Assembly: GCA_000934665.2 (NCBI GenBank)
Contig: KZ538066.1
Coordinates: 62,001-126,000 of the forward strand
Source: Catajapyx aquilonaris
Lineage: Eukaryota
Direction: 5' to 3'
Length of the DNA: 64,000 nucleotides
Below the pieces are notes generated by a model. The model was given only the letters and a program-made list of their open reading frames with translations. It searched no databases and was not told the origin of the DNA. The position numbers and the translations under genes are program-made. Shown one piece after another: positions 39,391-52,325 of the stretch. Numbering within the stretch: position 1 is the first letter of the stretch; each line of letters begins with the position of its first letter.

Positions 39391-41059
39391 TATATAATTG
39401 GCTATGTGCAACTTTGTTCCTACACCTATGCAAAAATGTCGCCAATATGAGCTTGCTGAATTATAATTATTAAAAAAAATGGGAATAAATCTCGGGTTTG
39501 CTGTCTCACCTTAAGACGCTTCCCTCTACTCCAAATTCATCGTAGTTTATGTCATTAACGGTTGGTTTGTTCACATTTAGCACCTCTACATTTTCGACTT
39601 GTCTTGTGCTAATCTATCCATTGGAATGTTTTGGCACATTTTCACCACTAACGGTGATCCGAGCAGCGATATAATATCAACAGGTAACAGGCCAGCTGCT
39701 TTAAACCGCTCTTTATGTCGTCCCCAGTGAATTGAGATGAAAAAAAAAGTTCATTTCTGAGCATGTAACATACGCTGTAATGCACCAAGTATGTTTCGCT
39801 CAGGGTTCGTAGAATCGCCATAGAATCCGAGGCACTATGGAACAATGAGACTATGAAGCAGGGGGCCTAATTAAGTGAACCGTATGCAGATGTACAAGGC
39901 AGCGGTTCACTAAGCGACCTATACACTTTATTCAGAAAAAAGGAAGTAGCTCATGTCAGAAGTGATTAAATCCAGATATTCAAATATTTCTGTCACACCC
40001 CCCTTCACCTTTTTTTCTATTTCCTTTTTGATTGCGAAATATACCCTGGTAGCTGATTACTATTGATATGAATGAAATCAAGCCCGGCGGAAAATTAGGG
40101 TGGGAGGAGGGGGGACGTTTAATAAAGACTACTCACCCGTGATGAACTTTGAAATCCAATTGGGCTCAGACTCTCATTTTTTTGGCACCACCCACTTTCG
40201 CTCTCTTCACTTTTTTTATTATTATTTATTCCACTCGAATATTTTCATCGCGACAGTTTGTTGTTCAAAAGTCAAGATGATGCTGCATAGTAAATCCAAA
40301 GGAGAGATCGATATAATCCAGATGAGTTATTAAGATTTTTTTTTACTTTTACTTTGGAGAGACAACGTTTCAGATTGTGCAGATTGCAAGGAGTAAATAA
40401 TCACTATTTCATTTATTTATATTTACTGTATTTACCTGTTTATCTAAGTTATGTAAGACAAAGTTTCTTTGTATGTGCGTCTGTATAGGAGTGTGGCCCG
40501 GCGGCCATGTTGGTACTCGGTTGACCCAACCAGAATCCTTCGTCACGCACCAGCTATTTTGTTGAGTCCTTGCGAAAAGCAACCCCCTTGGTTTTGGGCG
40601 AGCTGGTCCACGAGATTAAGAGGTTTTGGGGCTGGTGTGTAGGTATATGGTCTTGAGATGTAATAATCCCTGAGACGAGAGAGGGGGGGGTGGGGGAAGG
40701 GAAGGGAGGGAGAGAGAGCATTGCAGCAGCTAAACGCCTTCCTCTAGTTACAAAGTGTCCACAGTGTAGCTCTTTGTCAACGCACATGGCCCCCCCGCTG
40801 TAATTACGGGGACTCGACTGGGATCCAGCTTTATAAACAGCTGAGCCGTGACTTAGTGCGCTGCTGGGCCAAGTCAAGTCATATCTATTGCCCGGAGCTA
40901 CGAATATTGTTCCTAGGCCCTAAAGGCTTACACTTCTCTACGATGGAAGGGGCTTGGGAAAGAACCAGTGTTTCTAAAGAGCGTTTTAAAAAGCAGGGGA
41001 TAAAATTTGGTCTCGTTTATAGCAGAGAAAAATAGCTGTCATTAATAGCGGTTGCAGCA

Positions 41060-42070
41060 AAATAGTTATTCAAAGAAGTTTCAACAAAATAGTTGGCATT
41101 CAAAGAAGTTTCAACAAAATAGTTGTCATTCCAAGGAGTTTCAACAAAATAGTTGTTATTCAAAGAAGTTTCATCAAAATAGGTGTCATTCAAAATAGCT
41201 ATTCATAAGTCTTTTGAAGTCGTGTGTTTGCTCTATGATTTTAAAAGAATAATAGATAATTATGATAGGCCCATTCATGTCCTAAAGTGATTTTACAACA
41301 GATCATTGGTTCTTAAATTAATTTGTAGCATAACAGCAGTTCTTATAAGACGTTGCAACAAAGTAGGAGTTCTAAGCTGTTACAGCAGAATAGCAGTTCT
41401 TACATTCTACAACGGAGTAGCAGTTCTTACATATATGTAATAGCAAAGTATCAGTTCTTACATATATGTTATAGCAAAGTAGCAGTTCTTACATATATGT
41501 TATAGCAAAGTAGCAGTTCTTACATATATGTTATAGCAAAGTAGCAGTTCTGACATATATGTTATAGCAAAGTTGCAGTTCTTACATATATGTTATAGCA
41601 AAGTAGCAGTTCTTACATGTCGTAGCAGAGTAGCTGCTTTTGAAAACTCTTATAGTAGAGTAGCAGTTCTTACGTAATACAACATAGCAGTTCTTACGTA
41701 ATACAACATAGTAGCAGTTCTTACATACTACAACAGAGTAGCAGGTTTTACAGATACTGCAGCAGAATAGCAGGTAGTAAAACATTTCATCAGAGTAGCA
41801 ATATATTCTTGAAAGATGTTACAGCAGAATAGCAGTTCTATCGTGCTACAACGGAGTATCAGTTCTAACATATGTTATAGCAGAGTAGTAGTTTTTGAGA
41901 ACTACTACAGTAGCGGAGCAGTTCTTACATGGTACTGCAGAATGGCAGTTCGTGAAACATTTCAGCAGAGTAGCAATTATTAAAAGATGTTACATTCGAA
42001 TAGCTAGTCTTTAAAATATTACAAAAATAGCAGGTCTTTTTAACATATCTCAATCGAGTAGCAGTTATTT
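41060..42070. repeat. TAGCAG-rich block with 30-bp (41060-41195) and 31-bp (41420-41620) minisatellites
   Basis: ATTCAAAGAAGTTTCAACAAAATAGTTGTC x4; AGCAGTTCTTACATATATGTTATAGCAAAGT x~6. Confidence 0.9.
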
Positions 42071-43893
42071 GAATATGTTACGGCAGAGTATCAGTTTGTA
42101 CAATAGCAGTTTTAATAGCCGTGGAAAAGAACCACTATTCGTTAATATGCTATCTGGCTGCGACGTTGCCACATTCAGCCCAATATGTTCATATAGAAAA
42201 GAGAACGAAACTGAAGTGCAACTACTGTACATACACAACACTGTACCCCAGCCCTTTTGTGCTTAAAAAATTTAAAAAGTGTTGTTTAAAATAAGGGGCA
42301 CAGACTCATCTCATGAAGTGGTTTGGGCCTCCGTCTCCTGCGTGTGCATATCACTTCCATCCATAATAAATTACGCGTGTGGCTCCAGGACATCTCTCGC
42401 ACAAGATACTTTGGTGATGGATGATAGCCGGGCATGCAATTCCGAAACCCACCAAGTTTTCCCACATTAGGGGTCTGATAGATTCAGCTGCAGACCCCCC
42501 CACCCCAGTAGAAACACCCCCTCCCTCTCTCCCCCCCCCCCTCTCCTCCCTTGCGAAAAGTTTGTGATTAATAGTTTGAGGAGGAGGCGAGTCAAAACTG
42601 TGGATGTAGCGTAGAAATTACCAGTTTTATTGATACAGTCGAGCCCTTCCGCAACTTGAGATATCAAAAGTTTCGTTTTGTGAAGGAGTAAACAAGTTGA
42701 CTGATAAATTAAGGAGGGCTCGACTTTTGGGGAAGCATGCAAAACTCCAATTGTCATTCCAATCTTGCACAATTTTGCTCCAAGATTTAAAAATGCAAAA
42801 TTTAAATATTCACGATATCATATTTTTATTCTGTCAAAATTGTAGATCGTACTGTATGTGCACATGAATGGAAAGTGCTCGAATTAAAGTTGCACTTAGC
42901 ACACCAAAATTGTGCGAATTTTTCTATTAATTTTTCGCAAATGTTTTAGCTCCATCCCTCTGTAGCACAGTTGATTGGAAATAAATTAATTGTACTACAA
43001 ATTGACCTACGAATTAGACGAAATTACAAATTCTGGCTTTGTCACGAATTCATTGTGTAAAAATTCTCATAATTTACCAATTTGCACATTCTGATTGCAG
43101 GTAGAATTTATCATCTAAAAATTTTCACAATTTGCCAATTTGCAAATTCTGATTTTAGAAAGAATTCATCGTGTAAAAATTCAAGAAATTACATCAATGT
43201 GCAAATTATTATTTTTTATCCAGCACATACCCGACACAAGTCGAAAATTTTGTGCACATCCCTTAGAATCCTCTGAGAATCGCTCAAAAAACTTACGAGA
43301 ATTCGCAACTTTATACATCCCCCCCCCCTTGAAACCGGACACACATTTCGAGTTCCAAGTTTTAGCAAAAGGGCCCAGGGTTTTGGCATAAACGGATCTG
43401 ATGTCGAATCGATTCAAAGACCCGTAAACCACAACAAGTTTCCTGAACTCGACCGATACATATATAATATAAAGCCGACAACTTTCTCGCCTCCATAACT
43501 GCTAAGGGCTGTTTTAGAAAGCGACTGTTTCCTACCCAAAACTTTTTAAGTGTCACCTAGTTAGTTAGTTCGCAAAATTTTATGTTGTAAACCCTCTGGC
43601 TCCCTTGCAATTAGTTACATTGTTACATCCAACCTTGGGCACACTGCAACAATGTTTTAAACCAAAAGTAAGAGGATCCTGGTATTTTCTATAGTTTCAA
43701 CATCTTATACTTTTGCAACCAATGGTGGGTACATATCAAAGGTAACTGGAGATGAAGAGGGCTTTTGTGCATGTCCCGACTTTTTGGCGAGACTGAAGGG
43801 GGTTGTAATTCTAGAATTCGAGTCAAATGGGGGACAAGTCGGGCCTTTTTTAAAGCAAAAATTTCTGCGAGAGAGTGATTTTTTGCAGCATGA

Positions 43894-44285
43894 AATTTGT
43901 CACATTTTTAAAGAATATTCAGCGTCCTTTAATTTCCGTTCAAAACTTTGCAAGAAAAAAACAATATATGCGTCAACATAAAAATCGCTCGCAATATGAA
44001 AAGCGAGCGATTTTTTTGTGTTCCTAGCTTCATACAATTACAAAATTCTGAAGCGTAACTCAACGGTCCCTAAATATTCCTTAAAAAGTGCACATTTTAG
44101 GCTGCCGGAAATCACAAAAAATCGCTAGCTTTTTATATAGCGGGCGATTTTGCGTTAATGCATATTTTGTGCACAATTTTGAACCCCACGCAATGGACCC
44201 CGAATATTCTCTAAAAAGTGCAAATTCGCAGGTTTCGAAAATGTAAAAAAATATCGCTCGCTTTCTATATTGCGAGCGATTTTTG
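43894..44285. mobile_element. Foldback element with internal AAATCGCTCGC...GCGAGCGATTT hairpin modules
   Basis: 43894-44024 matches the reverse complement of 44107-44226; hairpins at 43981-44014, 44117-44150 and 44253-44280. Confidence 0.75.
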
Positions 44286-44834
44286 GGCCCGTTATCTCGC
44301 TCGCGATATGACAAGCGAGCGATTTGCACACCCGCGATCAACATTTCGCGACAACCAATTGGCGTTAATTTCAAACCCAAATTTTTGCAACAAACACTAG
44401 CAGAAATGTACGCAATCTTGCAAATTGAACCATACATTTTAAGCTCGCACTGAAATCGCTCGCTTTGTGAGCTGGAGGATAACGCCCATGCAGAAAGCGT
44501 GTCCATAAATCGCAAACCTAGCGATTCTTTCAGAAACGATTCCGGAAGCAAGACCATTTTGTAATAGCCCTGTTGCAATTTCCTATCCTGACGATTATTA
44601 CGACTCATGCATCGCCTCTAATCACGTCCATTTGCCGGGAATAAATTTTAACTCTGGATTGTATATGTATCAAAAAGTCAGAACGAGCCAATCGGACTAA
44701 TAAGACCTTATCGACAACAATCAACCGATAGCTTCAAAGTGGCTGAAAAAGTTTGTCAATTTGCGAAAATATTGGCAAAGTAATGAATAAACGAGTTTGT
44801 TCATATCCTATAGACCTACCAAGAGAGAATAATT

Positions 44835-44925
44835 ATTGTAAATGCTTGTTATTTATTTAAAATCATTGTTAATGCTTGTTATTTATTTAAAATCATTGTT
44901 AATGCTTGGTATTTATTACAAATTA
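44835..44925. repeat. 30-bp tandem x3
   Basis: ATTGTTAATGCTTGTTATTTATTTAAAATC. Confidence 0.85.
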
Positions 44926-47900
44926 TTTTTATGCCCGTTTTTAAGTTAGTTTAAGGCTATTGTTAAGCCTAAGTCTCCAGTCACAATTAAGCCACACTTG
45001 CTCTAATGATGCCAATTTGTCCGTGGCAAGATTAGTCACGTTGTCAGAACCGGCCTTTTTGCACATATATTTACAGCAAGTTTGACCAAATAGTTGCCAA
45101 ATTTTGTTGCAAAATTTTCATTGTAAAAAAATATTCGTTCTCAGCAAAAAAAAAAAATACGTGTCGGCAACTATGGATGGTTGGACACAGATTCGCAATG
45201 TCACTTCGCTGACAAAGATAATAAAAGTGTGCAAATCTCGATAGTTGCAGATACGGCTTTTTTGCTTAGAACGGCATATATGTTCTTATTAGACTGATGT
45301 TGTTAACAAGATAACAAATTGTGAGTGGCTCGTATAATCTAAACCGTGTCCAACATACTTGAAGATACGGCTTTTATGCTGAGAATGGCTTAGATATGTT
45401 CTTAATACATTTAAATTAGATTGCGCTCAACTTAAACAAGATAACAAATTTCCCGCCAATTTGACCTACCTTTCCAGAGCGTGTCCCCAGACTGTCCATC
45501 CAGATGGGCCCCATTTCACCTATCCCGTAACCGGGACAAAACCCGCACTTTTCGATCCCGCTGCCCTCTGTAGTGTATTGTTGTCTCCTCTTCCCGCCAA
45601 ATAAAAAAAAGGTTGAAGTTATACCTAGCACCAAAAGTAAAGTGTGAGGAGAAGAGCCTTCGCAAAAGCCGGCTGGCAGTGGAGTCGACCCCCGAAAGAG
45701 TGTGTAGCAGCTGTGGGGGTGGCCACGGGGGGAGACTACTAGTGGGGGGGTAGAGAGGTTTCCAAAAGAGGGGGGGGGGGGAAGGGGGGGGAGGAGNGAC
45801 TCGAACAAAACCAAACCCCCCCTACCTCTAAAACCGTCTCTTCAAAAATCTGGATCTCTGTCCCCCGATGGGACAAGTCACGCAATTTTGGCTCCATTCA
45901 CATTCACGCGTTTTTTGAGGGGGGAAGGTGCGTGACCGCATCATTTGTAAGGAGTTTGAATGAGATTGTTTAGATGGTGGGGGAGGCTGGGAGTGAGGGG
46001 TGTTATGATTGTATAGGGGGAGTGGATCGATATTATAAACTGGTTATTAGTAACAATGTGTGGGGAGGATGTTCATTTTTGTGGAAAAGGATCCCTTCAC
46101 TTGTTTGTCGATTACTTTTAGTGGAATTTAGCAAAAACCTATAGACATACTCAAAGTAAAATAAATTATATGAAATGATAAATTAGGTTTAAATTTTAAA
46201 GTAATGTAAAATGTAAGTAATAGACTATTTGATGTGAAATATAGTTTAACTGAAATTCATGAAAATAATAAATGGAAATAAATTAATTTTATACCAAATA
46301 TTAAAAGCGGAAATAAGCGTAAATTAAACCTAAAGGAAATGCAGTTGGATTTAAAGTAACTACCTGAATACATTGAAATTTCATTCTGAGTCAAACATGT
46401 TAAAATTAAATCAAAGTTTTAATGCTAGAAAAAATTGAATGTGTACTTAAAACGCCTTAATTTGCAATTTTTTGCGCATTACCTCGCATTTCTTAATTGG
46501 ATCTTAAATGCTGTGCGGGCATGCCCAAGGTGCGGACTTGCTCCGCTTCACCTGGGTTGGTCCAAGCAGAGGTTGTCTAATGTTAATGAGTGCAATATTG
46601 CAATGCCCCTGCAAGAACACGAAAACTGATGATATGAGTAGTTTGTCCGAGTTTGTCCTCCGGTTGTGCATTTATTTATATATATTAAATATGAGCATAA
46701 TAATAAGCAACAGAGTCCACAATCATGGTTGGCTGGCAGTAAACGCCCTCGAGGCACATTCACTAAAACAGTGTTAACCAAATCGGGGTGCTAATGTGGC
46801 AACAATCCCGTGCTTGTTCGGCTTATTACATCTAGAGAGACTACAGTGATTTTCGAGCCGTGAAAATTGTTTGTTTACACGTCGCTGATGTGTAAACATC
46901 ACTTTCCTCAGCCCCACCAGAAAAAAAACAACGCTTCCCCTCAGGAACTGTCATATAAGCACAACAAATCACTTTGAAATATTTATCAACTGATTCACTA
47001 AATAAAGAATTTAAAATTTATGAAACCGATTTAATGGTAATTAAAATAATTAAAATTTCATTATCGGATTCATTTTAATGACAAGTTATTAAATTTACAA
47101 ATGTATAATAGCATTTAATATGTACAAATATGAGAACTAATGGAAAATAAGGAAATAAATAGTTAATACTATAATAATTAATACGCATTAAAGGAAATGC
47201 TTTAATTTAATTTACACTGTATCAATCAATGCACAGTGTTTCAATTGAAAATAACTTAAGTTAATCAAAATAACTGTTAATAGTGAAAACTAATAAGTAA
47301 ACAATAACAATCAATTTAATGAGTAAGTTGCTATTGAAATATTTCAATCTTTAATTTACTAAATGTTTATTATGAAATATAAAAAAATACATGACCCATA
47401 AATTTTTAAATAACGGAGGCATTAAAAGCACTTTTGAATTAATGTAATAAATATGATGAATTAACAACAAATTATGAAATTAAAGAAATTAAATAAATAT
47501 CAACATTAAATAAATTAAACAAACAAATAATTTATTTTTTATTTATTTATTTTAATTATTAAAATTAATAAACGCGGTGAAAATTTAATAAATAATGTAA
47601 TATAATGAAAATTCATAAAACAAGAAACATAATTTATTACCAAAAATTATTATAGGCCTACTACAAATTAAAATTCGGTCACAACTGTAACTGGTAACGT
47701 CAAAAATTACTGAAAGTATATCAAAAATCCTTGGGTGTAAATTCTCCTCCGATTGTTGGCTTCCCGATTCCTCATGGACCCATACACTTCTTCAGCTCAC
47801 TCAAGTCTTGGCATGTCGTCGACCCAAACCTTCTGAGCTGCTGCTTCTGGCAATGGCAAAATGTTGAAGAGTCCTCGTATGGTACAGACGTGGGGCTATT

Positions 47901-48574
47901 ATGGGTCGGAGAAAATAGGCCGAGTGCACACGTCGCAAAATAGATTTTCTGCCTCCCCCCCCCCCCACCACACACACGTATAATATATCCCCCCCTCCCC
48001 CCACTTCTTATACCAAAGGTTTCGATCCACTAAACTTCTCCTGTTGACATTCCGAGAATGAACTGGGTGGGCTTGTCATAAGAAGAATGGAAACTGCGAT
48101 GGACCACAAATTTTTTTGGAAGGGGGAAAAAAAATCATCGGTCTGAAATAGAAGCCTCCTTTACTCGTGGCATAGAGTGTGTAGAGAGTGCAATAGAACC
48201 GTAGCCTTCCATTCAGACAACCCCTCCGGATTGATTAGGAGAGGGAGGAGGTGGTGGCAAATCACTTTACTCACTTCGCTTCTATTTAGCCGGTCTGGCG
48301 CGGATGCTGGCTGCGGTTACGCTTCTGTAGCGCTGCTCTATTTGGATGGGAGAGAGGAATAGAGATAGAGAGTGAGTGGAAAAAAAGAGAGAGCGAGAGA
48401 GAAGAGTTGTGCAGGCATAATTCGGGGTGATTGCAATCGGTGGGGAGGGAGGATTTATTTCCAGGGGAGTTATCCGGAGGAAGCGATTATTTGATGAATG
48501 GAACGGAATGGAATGGCGAGGCGTGGTCAAATTGGAACTGGCGTGAAATACCCGTTGTTCGATTATAGAAGGTG

Positions 48575-49140
48575 TTTCGATGTATCAAAAATCGATTTTG
48601 GTGTTGGACGTGTTGAAAATCGATATTGATGAATGTGACAAAAATCGATATTAATGGATGTGACAAAAATCGATATTGATGTATGACAAAAATCGATATT
48701 GATGGATGTGACAAAAATCGATGTTGGTGTTGGACATATCGAAAATCGATACCGTTGGGTGTGTCAAAAATCGATATTGATGGATGTGCCAAAAATCAAT
48801 ATTGATGGATGTGCCAAAAATCGATATTGGTGTTGGACATATCGAAAATCGATACCGTTGGGTGTGTCAAAAATCGATATTAATGGATGTGCCAAAAATC
48901 GATATTGGTGGTGTGACAAAAATCGATATTGATGGATGTGACAAAAATCGATATTGGTGTTGGACATATCGAAAATCGATACCGTTGGATGTGCCAAAAA
49001 TCGATATTGGTGGTGTGACAAAAATCGATATTGATGGATGTGACAAAAATCGATATTGGTGTTGGACATATCGAAAATCGATACCGTTGAGTGTGTCAAA
49101 AATCGATATTTATGGATGTGCCAGAAATCGATTTTATTGC
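48575..49140. repeat. AAAATCGAT minisatellite with higher-order structure
   Basis: 23-28 bp monomers (ATTGATGGATGTGAC, ATTGGTGTTGGACATATCG, ACCGTTGGGTGTGTC variants) recurring in a fixed order. Confidence 0.95.
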
Positions 49141-50310
49141 TTGGTGGATCCAATATCGGTACTGGTGATGTGTATATTGAAAATTGATGTTATTGCTTGA
49201 TGTATAACATGAATACTGATCATAACATATACCGTACTGTTGGTGGAGGGGGGACTTTTCGAAAATAGATCTTGATGTTAAACGTGCTGAAAAATGATAT
49301 TGCTCTTTGATGCATCCCATATTACTGGTGTTGAAGATATCGACATTGTTGGTGGAAGTTTCAAGAATTGATCTTGGTGGCGACGTATTGAAATTTGATA
49401 ATTCAGTTAAAAGTATCGAAAATCGACGTGCTTGTTGTATGTTTCGAAAAATAACATAACATAAAATAATATTTAGCAATATGAACACGAAATAGGAAAC
49501 ATCCTCGCACCTCCACACCTTTCTGTCGCAGTTACTTCTGATCTTATCCCTCTTTAAAATGATCCCCCCAAAAATCGCTGCTGACTCTAATATTTTTACG
49601 ATCCCCCTTTCGAAAATCTGTTATCCCCCCCCTCCCTCCCTCCCCCTATTTCGAGCGTCCTGCTCCCCTGAGCACGGACTAGTCCAGGGCTATGAATTGT
49701 TGGTGTTGAGCAATAGTCCCCCAGATGCTCATTTCCAACCCTCCACCACCAACTAACTCTTGATGGCGGCCTGGGAAAAAGAGAAGCTCCGACCAAACAA
49801 TTTTCTTTTTTCTCTCTCTCTCTCCTCCTCTCCCCTCTTCCATCCTCCCCGCTCCCTCGGCGTGACTCCATCATGAGGCGCTTATTGATCGTAATTACTC
49901 AGTTGTCTCAATTGGTGTTGGGGGAGATGGTTTTTTGGCTGCTGACCGCTCTTCTCCCCTAGGTCTCTCAAGGCCGCTTGGCTTTCATTAAAAGGACAAG
50001 GATTTTGTGGCGGGGGTTGTGGTCAGGTCAGTTGGAAGAGGGGGAAGGAGGGGGAAGGAGGGGTAATTAAAATTTGTTGCGAGGGGGGTTTGCATATACC
50101 GGGTGTTTATGGCTTACTTGGAGCGGCTAGTGTGGGGCTGGTGGGGAATGGGGGCTATGTTCTACAAAGCGCATGACAACAATGAGTTTCACGGTTGCAA
50201 TGCAAAATGTTGTCATGTGCTTACGAGTGTGCCAGAAATCGATGTTGGTGTTGCGTGCATCGAAAATCGACGATTTTTCTTGATGTATGTAACATCGATG
50301 ATGATGATGT

Positions 50311-50410
50311 AGCACGAATCGCCCTGGAATATCCCATGGATATCCAGATATCCACTGAATCGCCACTGGATATTTGGATATCCATGGGATATTCCAGGGT
50401 GATTCGTGCT
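50311..50410. mobile_element. 100-bp palindromic MITE-like element (44-bp arms)
   Basis: AGCACGAATCGCCCTGGAATATCCCATGGATATCCAGATATCCA and its inverse with 2 mismatches; 12-nt loop. Confidence 0.85.
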
Positions 50411-52189
50411 GCTTGGGGTGTGATGCATCGAAAATCAATGCTCGTGTGTGATGCATGGAAAATCGACGATTTTGATTGATATATCAAACATCGATGCATA
50501 ATGTATATGAAAAATCGTTGCTTTTGCTTGAGGTATCAAAAATCGATGCTCGTTTGTGATGTATCGAATATCGACGCTTTTGCTTGATGTATCGAAATTT
50601 TTCAGTTGCTGTATCACAAATCGATATAAATATTTGATGCGGTATCTATGAAAAATGAAGAAAAAAAAATACTGTGCAATAAAAACATTTAACAATAACA
50701 TTTAAACACAAATATGAAACAATATTCGATGCCAACTGTGTAACGAATAATTACATATAATTTTTCTCTGGATATGACAGACATTAACATGACATGTTTC
50801 CATGAAAGTTGGCATCGTTGTTGATGATCACTTATCCTTCGCATAATGAACTTGTTTGAGTCCCTATTACAAGGCGGTGTCATACGCATATAAACGCGGC
50901 CAAGTTTATGACACATGGGCCAGGCTCCAAATTAACTGACAACTTTTTGCCCCACCCTGTCCTGCCTATATAAAAAATTGAAGGCCAGTGTGTGGCATGG
51001 CCCAGATTATTTTTTGTTACATTTTATAAATATTTTAAGCAACTCTTGCATATAAGGGAATGATTGTTCCTTTGTTTAGAATAGCATAAAAATGCGAAGA
51101 ACGGGTTCATCTGCTAGTGAACCAATAAAATGAGTAAAATCTAATTAGTGTTCTACATATAGGACGATAGGTGCCATAAAGAGGCTATGATGACTCTACA
51201 AGTGGAAAGAAAAGTTTGACGAAATTTTCAAGCCTTCTTCTGTACACACTTTTTGTGTCTTGTTGACTCTTCAGGGGCGTGTCTTCAGGCCTCCTTGGAA
51301 TTGATTTCCGATTTTGGAGAAGGCAATTTTGTTACCTGATTCGGATGCCTGAGGGATGAAGCACACAGAGGGGGTGGGGGTAAAGTTTGACAAAAATCCA
51401 GGGCCAGCTTCTGTAAAAAAAAATAGCTATTTGGGAAGGTAACTCATTTGCGCAGGACTTCCGGGGGGCACTTCCTGCACTTATGTTTGATCTTTTCGCA
51501 CACACGCTTTTTCTTCTTTTTTTATATTTCTTGCGAGATGTTCGGTCGATGACATCAATCAAGAAGCTTGCTTCTCAAGTACAAACAAGTTTAAACTTAA
51601 TTACATATACACAACATCCTGTTTGAGTAACTTGGGCAAATAACCCCTCCTTGCCTTTAATGGAGCAATAAAGTTCACAGGCCCCGGGGCCAACTTAGTC
51701 CCCCCCTCTCCCCCCTCCACTTTCGGTTTGATGCTTAATATGGCCCCCTCTCTTCACAGCACGCCACTTCGCAGTATCATTTATCGCTGTTTGTTCCCCT
51801 GATTTTCTTCCAAAAAAGTGAGTCTTGAAACTTTTTGAGGGGGGGGGGGGAGCGTTTATTTGCTTTTTTTTTGAAAGCGTAATTTTCCGGGATGTTGCTT
51901 CATCGCCTTGTTCTCTTTGCTATAGAGGGGGAGATCAGTTTGCCCAACAGGAGCTTATTGTTGCCTTTGGGATGAGAAATGGAAACAAAGTTTGATATTC
52001 TTTTAAAGGAGGTATCAATTGGCTGGGATTAGCGATTATTTCCAGAAAATTTGGGGGAGTGGTTTGCATAGCAGTGAATTTTCTGCCATGATTCCGTCAT
52101 AAGAGCAACTATTCACCGAAATAGCGCTTATAAATAGCAGCGATTTAAACAAAAGCACAGCCAATGAACAGTTTTTGTATTAAGAACTC

Positions 52190-52325
52190 TCATGAACAGC
52201 GGTTATTCGTGTAAGTAGCTCTTATGAACAGCGGTTATTCGTATAAGTAGCTCTTATGAACAGCGGTTATTCGTGTAAGTAGCTCTTATAAACAGCGGTT
52301 ATTCGTGTAAGCAGCTCTTATGTAA
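52190..52325. repeat. 32-bp minisatellite
   Basis: GAACAGCGGTTATTCGTGTAAGTAGCTCTTAT x4. Confidence 0.95.

Noticed and set aside
44081..44608. 175-aa ORF
   Set aside because: Runs through a palindromic element; no transposase motifs.
48487..49518. Overlapping ORFs on both strands and a CRISPR-like look
   Set aside because: Minisatellite: the inter-repeat segments are themselves repeated, with no unique spacers and no cas genes.
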